Below, one piece after another: positions 9,084 to 20,036 of a stretch of DNA of 53,790 nt. The notes beneath the pieces are model-generated. The model was not told where the DNA came from and searched no databases. It saw only the letters and a list, made by a program, of their open reading frames with translations. The stretch comes from Candidatus Omnitrophota bacterium (GTDB lineage Bacteria > Omnitrophota > Gorgyraeia > Gygaellales > Profunditerraquicolaceae). How positions within the stretch are numbered: position 1 is the stretch's first letter; every line of letters starts with the position of its first letter. The position numbers and the translations under genes were made by a program. The stretch is taken from the NCBI GenBank assembly GCA_043812095.1, contig JBDRMO010000030.1:1-53790 (forward strand), in the 5' to 3' direction.

Positions 9084-9907
9084 TTACTCTATATTCTGAA
9101 CCTGCTCACGTATCTTCTCAATCTGGCTCTTTATCTGTATTGCTTTAGCGGAGATCTTGGTATCAATAGATTTAGCTCCTAATGTATTGGCTTCCCGCTG
9201 CATCTCCTGGGCGATAAAATCTAATTCCTTCCCGATAGGGCCGATTTTCGCAATCTTATTTTTAAAATTCTTGATGTGAAAACTCAACCTCTCTATCTCT
9301 TCGGTAATGTCTGCATCTTTCAGGAAACTAGATCTTTCTTCATCGGTATTAATCAGCTTTACTTTATCCTTAATTACCTTTTTGAATCTTGCCTTAATAA
9401 TTCCCAGGCTTCCATTCTGAATCTCAACCCTCTTCCTCAAATAGCCGCCAATGGCCTTGCCTTCTTTCTGACGGGCCTTCGCCAACTCAAGTAGTGCTGA
9501 GTTTAATAATAGCCTGAGCTTAGGCCAAACTTTAAAATAGGAAATTTTGCTTTCTCTCAAAGAGATGACCCCGGGCAAATGTATCAATGTATTGATGCTG
9601 ATCTCGTCGTTGATGTGCAGTTGCTGCTTCATCTTTTTTAGCATCCGCAGGTAGCTTGAAAGCAACGGCTGATTAATGAAGGCGCCGGATGAATTCGCGC
9701 CCACGAAAGTAACTACGCAAACTACCCGCCCGCGCTTTACCTCAGAGGAAACCGCCCTCTTAATCTTCTCCTCCAAAGATAATAGCCCTTCCGGAAGATG
9801 GAATACCGTCTCCAAAATTTATGGTTAGTACTGCGCAGCTCAACGCAGATTTTACCGAATGGAGCAACAACAGCCTCTTTGCTCCCAAAACCAGTCATGC
9901 TCTTCAT
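9084..9907 (-). pseudogene. yicC: YicC-family protein interrupted by a 1-nt frameshift
   Basis: ATG 9907 gives MKSMTGFGSKEAVVAPFGKICVELRSTNHKF. The family then continues in another frame as LETVFHLPEGLLSLEEKIKR... (track ORF 9084-9815). The junction is AAATTTTGG on the minus strand (plus-strand A4 at 9814-9817). Confidence 0.8.
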
Positions 9908-9912
9908 AGAAA

Positions 9913-10422
9913 TTATGCCCAGACTTTCTTTTGTTCCGTTTTTTCTTCGGTTTCTTCTTTGGTAGGATACAGATCAACGATAATCTCCTCGGGGCAGAAC
10001 CAAAGCTTAATCTCCCTCTCTGCCTCTGTCCTGTCAGAAGAAACATGGATCACATTTTCGTAGACTCCTAACGTTGTAATCCTGCCGTAAGAGCCTCTAA
10101 TTGATGTGGACTCTGCCTTCTCCGGATTTGTAGCGCCTGCTAATTCTCTACATTTTTGTATGGCGAGCTTACCCCAATAGACCAGCGCCATAACCTTGCG
10201 CCGATCATGATACTCCCCGCGTATATATCGTATCAGGTCTTTGAAAAAAGGCTCCTTCTTTAAATGTTTGTAATGTTCATTAGCTAGCTCTTCGGAGACG
10301 CGCACCATCTTCGCAGCTACGATCTCCATCTTAGTTTCCGATAAACGAGTTAAAATATTCCCGGTCAAAGACTTTTTCAACCCATCTGGCTTAATCAGTA
10401 TTAAAACCGCTTCATTATCCAT
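9913..10422 (-). CDS. ndk: nucleoside-diphosphate kinase (divergent, with a charged C-terminal tail)
   Basis: VLILIKPDG, NEHYKHLKKEPFF, GATNP and NVIHVSSD (catalytic His retained), plus EREIKLWF. Confidence 0.75.
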   Translation of the reverse strand: MDNEAVLILIKPDGLKKSLTGNILTRLSETKMEIVAAKMVRVSEELANEHYKHLKKEPFFKDLIRYIRGEYHDRRKVMALVYWGKLAIQKCRELAGATNPEKAESTSIRGSYGRITTLGVYENVIHVSSDRTEAEREIKLWFCPEEIIVDLYPTKEETEEKTEQKKVWA

Positions 10423-10425
10423 TGT

Positions 10426-11268
10426 TTACCTCTTTATAGAGTTGACGATTCTGTTTAAGTCCTCATCAGAATAAAATTCAATAACAACCTGTCCGCGCTT
10501 TTTATTTTTTGTAATTCTCACCTTGGTCGATAGGGCATGCTGCAATTGATCCTCTAAAACTTTTATATAGGGCTCCTGGGCCGATAGCCTCATACGTCGT
10601 TTAGCTCCAACAGGCCTGCGTAGCTTGATCAAGGTCTCCAGCTCTCTTACCGATAGACCTTTGCTGATCACGGCCTGAGCTAAGCGGCGCTGTAAGGCCA
10701 TATCCGGTAATTCTAATAATGCCCTACCGTGTGCAAACGAAATGCGGCCTTTCTTGATTTCAGCCTGTATATCCTGAGGCAATTTCAACAAACGTAAAAT
10801 ATTAGAAACAGAAACGTGAGACTTTCCTAAAACTGCGCCGATCTTCTCCTGAGTAACCTGAAACTTCTCTATGAGATATTGAAAAGCATGTGCCTCTTCT
10901 ATAGCATTGAGTTCCTGGCGCTGGATATTCTCAATTAAAGCTAATTGCAATGAGTCTTGGTCATGGACATCCTTAACTATTATTGGTAACTCATTGAGGC
11001 TCAATAGTTTAGAGGCGCGTAAACGTCGCTCGCCGGCAATTAATTCAAAATTATCCCCCTTCCGCCTTACTAACAGTGGTTGTATAATGCCTTTCTCTTT
11101 GATTGACTGGGCTAGCTCTTCAATATGCTGATCATTAAAGTCTTCGCGTGGTTGAAAAGGGTTTGGCTTAATGCGGTCAGATTGGACATAAATAATCTCA
11201 TCTTTACGGCCAACTTCCCTTTCTGGTATTAACGCGCTTATTCCTTTACCCAAGGCTTTTCTCTCCAT
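10426..11268 (-). CDS. parB: chromosome partitioning protein ParB
   Basis: 280 aa with IQPLLVRR and LIAGERRLRAS motifs; directly downstream of parA. Confidence 0.9.
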   Translation of the reverse strand: MERKALGKGISALIPEREVGRKDEIIYVQSDRIKPNPFQPREDFNDQHIEELAQSIKEKGIIQPLLVRRKGDNFELIAGERRLRASKLLSLNELPIIVKDVHDQDSLQLALIENIQRQELNAIEEAHAFQYLIEKFQVTQEKIGAVLGKSHVSVSNILRLLKLPQDIQAEIKKGRISFAHGRALLELPDMALQRRLAQAVISKGLSVRELETLIKLRRPVGAKRRMRLSAQEPYIKVLEDQLQHALSTKVRITKNKKRGQVVIEFYSDEDLNRIVNSIKR

Positions 11269-12062
11269 TATGCTTCTCCTTCTGATAACGTTGGGCTTAA
11301 CGCACTATTTTCCAAGAGCTCCTTGGTCAATTCTTCGTATTTCTGTGCGCCCACCGAATCTTTATCATACAATGCAATCGGCTTCCCAAAACTGGGAGCC
11401 TCTGTTAACCGTATATTCCTGGGGATAACTGAATTAAAAACCTTTCCTTTAAAATGATTTCTTGCCTCCTGAATCACCTCTTTGGTCAGATTAGTCCGGA
11501 AGTCAGCCATAGTAAGAATGACACCTTCGATCTCTAAATTTGAGTTAAGATTTTCTCTCACAAGCCTAATGGTATTATCGAGTTGCGTTAATCCTTCTAA
11601 AGCGTAATATTCGCATTGCACAGGAATTAACACGGAATTTGCAGCATCTAGAGCATTTATGGTTAGCAAACCTAAGGACGGAGGCGAATCAATAATCATA
11701 TAATCAAAATTATCCTTTTCTTTATCCAGGGCCCTCTTTAATCTGTGCTCTCGGCCTAGAGCACCGACTAACTCGACTTCAGCCCCGGTCAGGTCCAGAT
11801 TGGACGGAGCAAGCATCAAATTAGAGATTGCTGTAGGGTGTAAAATATCCTTTAGCTCTGCTTCCTCCAAGAGAACATGATAGGTACTTTTTGTGACATT
11901 ATGCTTATTAATACCTATGCCGCTGGTAGTGTTAGCCTGAGGGTCAAGGTCGATTAATAGCACCTTTTTGCCGGCTAATGCTAGGTAGGTGGATATGTTA
12001 ATCGCAGAGGTAGTTTTACCTGTACCACCCTTCTGATTACAGATAGCGATAATTTTACCCAT
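11268..12062 (-). CDS. parA: chromosome partitioning ATPase ParA/Soj
   Basis: Deviant Walker A NQKGGTGKTT, DLDPQAN and IIDSPPSLG. Confidence 0.92.
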   Translation of the reverse strand: MGKIIAICNQKGGTGKTTSAINISTYLALAGKKVLLIDLDPQANTTSGIGINKHNVTKSTYHVLLEEAELKDILHPTAISNLMLAPSNLDLTGAEVELVGALGREHRLKRALDKEKDNFDYMIIDSPPSLGLLTINALDAANSVLIPVQCEYYALEGLTQLDNTIRLVRENLNSNLEIEGVILTMADFRTNLTKEVIQEARNHFKGKVFNSVIPRNIRLTEAPSFGKPIALYDKDSVGAQKYEELTKELLENSALSPTLSEGEA

Positions 12063-12076
12063 TGGTATTTATAAAG

Positions 12077-12108
12077 TTAGGGAAGTTTCCACGCGGAAAC
12101 TTCCTTAA
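12077..12108 (-). terminator. hairpin after jag, possible terminator
   Basis: Perfect 10-bp stem GGAAGTTTCC / GGAAACTTCC (12081-12090 and 12095-12104), 4-nt loop, 3-4 flanking pairs. Only a weak T-rich tail on the minus strand. Confidence 0.4.
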
Positions 12109-12147
12109 GGTTCAATACTATTATCTGAAAATTCCTAGTTTTGTCAA

Positions 12148-12351
12148 CTATTTTTTACAATTATTTATACTCACTCGCACCTTGGCCGGCTTCTCGCCCT
12201 CCATACCAAATAATCCCCGCACTTCCTCGGCGAGCACTTCGACCCTTACCTCTTCGCGAGGCGCTTTCAGCTCCTTAAGGGCCTTCCTTATTGCCGCCTC
12301 AACCGTGCTACCCTCAACTTCAATAGAAGATATTTCTCTGCGATTTTTCAT
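12148..12351 (-). CDS. jag: Jag/KhpB N-terminal domain protein (KH and R3H domains absent)
   Basis: 67 aa, IEVEGSTVEAAIRKALKELKAPREEVRVEVLAEEVRGLFGMEGEKPAKVRV. ATGA overlap with the yidC stop. Confidence 0.65.
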   Translation of the reverse strand: MKNRREISSIEVEGSTVEAAIRKALKELKAPREEVRVEVLAEEVRGLFGMEGEKPAKVRVSINNCKK

Positions 12352-13865
12352 TGCTGCTGCTTAATACGGATTTGATTTACCAACATCAGCGTGCTATTAA
12401 TAAACCAATATAAAACTAACCCGGACGGCATATGATAAAAAATAAACGTAAAGATAATCGGTAAAAAGATCATCATAAACTTCTGTTGTTCAGCCGATCC
12501 ACTGGCTGCAGTAGCCATGGACATTCTTTGCTGAAAAAACATGCCAATACCCATAACGATCGGCAACAGGTTAATTTCATTGCCAATTACTGGTAATGTG
12601 CTAGGCAAAACAAATAAGCGATCTGGTCCTGACAAGTCTTTTATCCAAAGAAAATTAGCTCCGCGTAACACAACTGAGCGCATTAAAGCCTGATATAAGG
12701 ATACAAATATAGGCATCTGCAACAACAACGGCAAACATCCTCCTAGGGGGTTAACTTTATGCTCACGGTACAACTCCATAATCTCCTTATTTAATTTCTG
12801 CGGATTATCCTTATGAAGCTTACGCAGCTCCTCAATATGCGGTTGTAATGCCTGCATCTCCTTCATAGAGCGCATTTGCTTTAAGGACAGCGGATAGAGA
12901 AACCCGTAAACTAAAATGCTTAAGATTACTATTGACCAGCCCCAGTTGTGTACTACGCTATGCAAGAACCCTAGTAATTGCAAAAGGATCTGTGAAATAA
13001 AATCAAAAAAGCCATAATTTACTATCCCAGCCCATTCCGGATGAACACTATTTAACAATTTTAAGTCCTGTGGCCCCAAATAGATATAAAATTTCTCCAC
13101 GAGCCTATCTCCGACCTGCAACCTGGCTTCAATAGGAGATAAGCCAATTTGAGTTGATTGCGAATCTAGCTTAGTAATCATGCCAACGTACTGCGAATCA
13201 ATGGGTTCAATGATTGCTGTAAAGTACCTCTCTCGCAACGCTAAGAAACGTATATCTGGCTGAATTGAACTTTTGTGAGCATTGATTTGTTTGACCTTGC
13301 CATCTCTGCCTACTGCAGCATTGAGATATCTGGACATCATCCGGTCAGCAGCAAAATCAAGAACTCCCAGCGATAAAGGCAAGTTAACATCCAGGGGCTC
13401 GTTAGACAAGTTTTCAATTTCAATTTCTAACTCTATGTTGTACAAACTCTTAGAGAAAATAAAGGCTTTGCTAATCTTTTTCTCTTGGTCAGAATGGACA
13501 AAGGTGATCCTATCCGAGCTGCTTTGAGCTTTTTTAAAGACTAAAGAATTGTCATCTAAGAAAAATGCAGGTGCTAACTTAAAGCGATAGTCTTTATATT
13601 TTTTGAAATTTATTTCCTGAATCGCGGCCTGTGGTTCGATGAAAACTAAATCGAATTCTTCGCGGGTATGATTTATCAGCGCTGAGGAGGGAATTGATTT
13701 TTCAAGGGCTAATGCAGGTGCGGGCGTAGAAACTCCCTGCTTCTGAGGGGGGGATTCTAACGCAACATCTTGATTATCAACAAGTTGCGTCTTAGAAACT
13801 AGGGCCTGCCAACTGAGTAAAATCAACAGGGACAAAGCAATCGCTACAACTAGACGTTTTTCCAT
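12348..13865 (-). CDS. yidC: membrane protein insertase YidC
   Basis: 505 aa with an N-terminal anchor and large periplasmic domain. C-terminal core has QMRSMKEMQALQP, NPLGGCLPLLLQMPIF and LVLYW. Confidence 0.92.
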   Translation of the reverse strand: MEKRLVVAIALSLLILLSWQALVSKTQLVDNQDVALESPPQKQGVSTPAPALALEKSIPSSALINHTREEFDLVFIEPQAAIQEINFKKYKDYRFKLAPAFFLDDNSLVFKKAQSSSDRITFVHSDQEKKISKAFIFSKSLYNIELEIEIENLSNEPLDVNLPLSLGVLDFAADRMMSRYLNAAVGRDGKVKQINAHKSSIQPDIRFLALRERYFTAIIEPIDSQYVGMITKLDSQSTQIGLSPIEARLQVGDRLVEKFYIYLGPQDLKLLNSVHPEWAGIVNYGFFDFISQILLQLLGFLHSVVHNWGWSIVILSILVYGFLYPLSLKQMRSMKEMQALQPHIEELRKLHKDNPQKLNKEIMELYREHKVNPLGGCLPLLLQMPIFVSLYQALMRSVVLRGANFLWIKDLSGPDRLFVLPSTLPVIGNEINLLPIVMGIGMFFQQRMSMATAASGSAEQQKFMMIFLPIIFTFIFYHMPSGLVLYWFINSTLMLVNQIRIKQQQ

Positions 13866-13869
13866 AAAT

Positions 13870-14085
13870 TTAGATTAGTGGATCGAAACCGCTCTTCCCG
13901 GAAAGAGGGTGACAAATCGCTATCCTCTTTAACCCCTTAAGCCCGCCTTTAAAGAAACCGTATTTGAGTATCGCCTGTTTGGTGTACTGCGAACAGCTGG
14001 GCGAAAACCGGCAAGCAGAGGGGAGAACTATTCGTAGGGTTTGTTGGTAGATACTTATGAGCTTACAAATAATCTTAACCAGCAT
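13870..14085 (-). CDS. yidD: membrane protein insertion efficiency factor YidD
   Basis: CRFSPSCSQYTKQAILKYG and HPLSGKSGFDP. The ATG at 14085 overlaps the rpmH TGA (TGATG). Confidence 0.88.
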   Translation of the reverse strand: MLVKIICKLISIYQQTLRIVLPSACRFSPSCSQYTKQAILKYGFFKGGLKGLKRIAICHPLSGKSGFDPLI

Positions 14086-14222
14086 CAACGGCTAATTATT
14101 TTTCTGCCCTTTTTTCTCCGACGCGCCAGTAACTTTCTTCCCGCACGCGTAGCCATTCTCCGTCGGAAACCATGGGTGCGTTTACCTACGATATTGGTTG
14201 GTGTCTTAAGGTTTTTCTTCAT
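14085..14222 (-). CDS. rpmH: 50S ribosomal protein L34
   Basis: The track ORF is over-extended. From ATG 14222 the product is [45 protein letters not shown] (45 aa), the classic L34 sequence. Confidence 0.92.
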   Translation of the reverse strand: MKKNLKTPTNIVGKRTHGFRRRMATRAGRKLLARRRKKGRKIISR

Positions 14223-14382
14223 CTTTTTAAATGCTCCTAATTGTGCATGAGTGGTAATTATAACATAAAAGTGTTTTAAGTCAATCTTTAAAAAAGAATT
14301 GTAACACATAAACCTTCCGGCGTCAAGTCAAGGAAATTCCAACAGGCATAAAACCTCTTGTGCCGCAACAAATTCTTTTGTA

Positions 14383-14410
14383 TTGACGCAAAAAAAAATT
14401 ATTATATAAT
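14383..14410 (+). promoter_or_regulatory. candidate sigma70-type promoter for dnaA
   Basis: TTGACG (14383-14388), 16-nt A/T spacer, TATAAT (14405-14410). Lies in the AT-rich rpmH/dnaA spacer. Confidence 0.5.
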
Positions 14411-14470
14411 ATTAACCGTCTGCTGTTTTATTTTTTTTCTTGTTAAGGACGCAAGAATGTGGTAATCTAC

Positions 14471-14512
14471 TTATCCACAGATTTATTCAAGGTGTGAATA
14501 AGCTGTGAATAG
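14471..14512 (+). promoter_or_regulatory. cluster of three DnaA boxes (dnaA autoregulation and/or oriC)
   Basis: TTATCCACA is a perfect consensus box (14471-14479). TGTGAATAA (14493-14501) and TGTGAATAG (14504-14512) are reverse-orientation TTATTCACA / CTATTCACA. All lie within 50 nt of the dnaA ATG. Confidence 0.7.
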
Positions 14513-14520
14513 CGAAGGTT

Positions 14521-15870
14521 ATGGGCATTATGACTAAACTAACTGCCGTATGGCAACAAGTACAAAGCAGTCTTAAGGATAAGCTCGGCGAGACTGTCTT
14601 TGAAACCTGGATCGCGCCTCTTAGGCTCAAGAGCGACAATAAAGGTTCTCTAATGCTTGAGGCGCCGGATAATTTTTTTAAAGATTGGGTGGAAAGACAT
14701 TACCGGCACCTCATAGAAGAGGAGCTACGTATTAATTCAGTAGGCCGGTCGATTACATTAAGCATCGGCGTTGGCTCAGCACCCCGGGAACTTTCGCCTG
14801 CACAATTACCAGAGAGTTTGCAAGCACAATCTAGAGAGCCAATATCGGCTACCAGCCTAAACCCAAGATATACCTTTGAAAATTTCGTCGTTGGTTCATC
14901 TAACCGCCATGCACACGCTTATTCATTAGCGGTTGCAGACGCACCGGCAAAAGCCTACAATCCTTTATTTATCTACGGGGGGGTAGGCCTGGGCAAGACC
15001 CATCTGATGCAGGCGATCTGTCATTTCATTCTAAAAAAATCTGCCCACAAGGCGACAATATGTTATCTGCCTTCGGAGCGATTCACCAATGAATTAATCG
15101 AAGGCATACAACACCATGCCACGGCTGCCTTCAGGCAAAAATATAGGAACGCCGACGTGCTGGTGATCGACGACATCCATTTTATTGCCGGTAAAGAATC
15201 AACGCAGGAAGAATTTTTTCACACTTTTAATACTCTCTACGATGCACACAAACAGATCATTATCTGCTCGGATCGCCCGCCTAAAGAAATAGCAAACCTG
15301 CAGGAGAGGCTAGTATCCAGGTTCGGCTGGGGGCTCACCACTGATATCCAGCCTCCTGATCTGGAAACCCGCGTAGCGATCTTGAAGAAAAAGTTAGAGA
15401 GAGAATCAGTGGTCGTGCCTGATGATGTAATCTTTTTTATCGCCCAGCTGATCAAGACCAATATCAGAGAACTTGAGGGGGCGCTGATCCGCACCATTGC
15501 CTATTCGCTATTAGAGGAGAAAGCAATCACGCTGACCTTAACCAAAGAGGTGTTAAGGGATTTGTTGAAAGAGCCCAAGAGGTTAATCACGGTTGATTTC
15601 GTACAGCGCTGCGCGGCAGAAGAATTCGGGGTCTCTCTGCAGGATCTAAAAACCAAGCGCAGACACAAAAACATAGTGTTGCCCAGGCAGGTTGCAATGT
15701 ATTTAAGCCGGGAGTTAACCGACCTTTCTTTACCAGAGATAGGAGGATTTTTCGGAGGCAAAGACCATACTACGGTTTTGCATTCATATAATAAGATCAA
15801 GCATGCTTTAAATTCCGATGCGGCCTTAAAAGATAAGGTAGAGAGAATTATCCACATTATTAAACAATGA
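14521..15870 (+). CDS. dnaA: chromosomal replication initiator DnaA
   Basis: 449 aa with NPLFIYGGVGLGKTHL Walker A, VLVIDDIHF, and a C-terminal DNA-binding domain (GGKDHTTVLHSYNKI). Confidence 0.97.
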   Translation: MGIMTKLTAVWQQVQSSLKDKLGETVFETWIAPLRLKSDNKGSLMLEAPDNFFKDWVERHYRHLIEEELRINSVGRSITLSIGVGSAPRELSPAQLPESLQAQSREPISATSLNPRYTFENFVVGSSNRHAHAYSLAVADAPAKAYNPLFIYGGVGLGKTHLMQAICHFILKKSAHKATICYLPSERFTNELIEGIQHHATAAFRQKYRNADVLVIDDIHFIAGKESTQEEFFHTFNTLYDAHKQIIICSDRPPKEIANLQERLVSRFGWGLTTDIQPPDLETRVAILKKKLERESVVVPDDVIFFIAQLIKTNIRELEGALIRTIAYSLLEEKAITLTLTKEVLRDLLKEPKRLITVDFVQRCAAEEFGVSLQDLKTKRRHKNIVLPRQVAMYLSRELTDLSLPEIGGFFGGKDHTTVLHSYNKIKHALNSDAALKDKVERIIHIIKQ

Positions 15871-16010
15871 ATCAACAGGTTAATACAAGGTTATGATTTT
15901 GCTAACTGTTGGGCTGAGGGAAGATTAAATCACTTTTACACAGAAATAAAAGTTATTACTATTACTACTGTTTTAATCAAACATAATAATATCTTAGAAG
16001 GAGAATAAAA

Positions 16011-17102
16011 ATGAGGTGTAAGAGCAGTAAGGAAACTTTATTAAAAGCTATTCAGTCCGTAAATAATATTATTACCACAAGATCAACGCTACCTATACTT
16101 TCTAACATCTTGATTGAAGTACAGGACAACTCTATGCGTTTAACTGCCACTGATTTAGATGTAGGTATAAGCTGTGTAATCCCTGTGGATAATCAGGAAC
16201 CCGGAGCAATTACTGTTCCGGCAAAAAGATTCAGCGATATTATTAAGGAGTTACCGAGTGAAGATGTGCAAATTAACGCAAAAAAGAACAATTCAGTTGT
16301 GATTGATACTGATGCTTGTCAGTTTAAAATTATGGGTCTACCTCGGGAAGAATTTCCTAAACTACCGGATTTTAAAGATAAGGAAGTTATTAAACTGGAA
16401 CAGGGGGCATTGAAACAATTATTAAGCCTTACTTCTTTTGCGGTTTCGTCAGATGAAACCCGGTATATTTTAAACGGCATACTCATAAGAATTAATAAAA
16501 ACACGATGACATTAGTTGCCACGGACGGCAAAAGATTGGCCATTGCGGAGAAAAAATTAAACCAGACCGTCAATAAGGATGTTCGGGTAATCGTACCGAT
16601 AAAGGCAATACGCGAACTGGACCGTAACCTCCAAGAAGAAGGAGAGTTGTCCTTGGTTCTAGGCGCCAATCAGATAATGTTTGAATTGGACAACGTAACG
16701 ATTGTATCGCGTTTGATCGAAGGGGAATTTCCGGACTACCGGCAAGTGATACCGCCGCCGTCAGAAAATAAGATTAAAATCGACCGCGCGCAGCTCCTTT
16801 TGGCTACAAAGCGCTCTGCGTTGTTATCTACCCCGGATTATCAAGCGGTTAAATTCGAGCTCTTTAAAAATAAATTGGTCATTTCTAAGTCCACTCCGGA
16901 TGTGGGCGAATCCAGGGAAGAGGTTGCGGTTGAGTATCAAGGCAAAGAATTAGTGATTGGCTTCAACCCTGTTTATTTAACCGATGTTTTACGTAACCTA
17001 AGCGATCAGTATGTAGAGCTTGAAGTTACTGATGCGGAGAAGCCCGGGGTAATGCGTATCGACGGCTATGTTTACATAGTCTTACCGATGCGCTTAAGTT
17101 AA
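16011..17102 (+). CDS. dnaN: DNA polymerase III beta sliding clamp
   Basis: 363 aa; conserved position after dnaA; LTATDLDV, VATDGKRLA and PMRL C-terminus. Confidence 0.95.
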   Translation: MRCKSSKETLLKAIQSVNNIITTRSTLPILSNILIEVQDNSMRLTATDLDVGISCVIPVDNQEPGAITVPAKRFSDIIKELPSEDVQINAKKNNSVVIDTDACQFKIMGLPREEFPKLPDFKDKEVIKLEQGALKQLLSLTSFAVSSDETRYILNGILIRINKNTMTLVATDGKRLAIAEKKLNQTVNKDVRVIVPIKAIRELDRNLQEEGELSLVLGANQIMFELDNVTIVSRLIEGEFPDYRQVIPPPSENKIKIDRAQLLLATKRSALLSTPDYQAVKFELFKNKLVISKSTPDVGESREEVAVEYQGKELVIGFNPVYLTDVLRNLSDQYVELEVTDAEKPGVMRIDGYVYIVLPMRLS

Positions 17103-17114
17103 GCGGGGGCTGCA

Positions 17115-19879
<2,765 letters not shown>

Positions 19880-19902
19880 GTGAGTCCCGCATTCTGCGTG
19901 AC

Positions 19903-20025
19903 GAACTTACCCAAGCACTAATTTTTGTATTTGTACCTGAATGCAAATTAGTGCAGGGTTAAATTCGCAGACGCTACAACCAATAATTGGAGGGCTATAA
20001 CTTACGTTATGAAAACGTAAGCTAT
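19903..20025 (+). repeat. bipartite hairpin element, AACTTAC family, copy 1
   Basis: GAACTTACCC, then a roughly 17-bp hairpin (GCACTAATTT..AAATTAGTGC), then GGGTTAAATTCGC. A spacer follows, then ATAACTTACGTT-ATGAA-AACGTAAGCTAT (19997-20025), 12 nt before the gyrA ATG. Confidence 0.6.
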
Positions 20026-20036
20026 CTGCTCATTAA

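Noticed and set aside
15871-16010. dnaA/dnaN spacer as a second oriC module
   Set aside because: The spacer is AT-rich, but I found only one weak box-like word (TTTTACACA, two mismatches). That is not enough to call.
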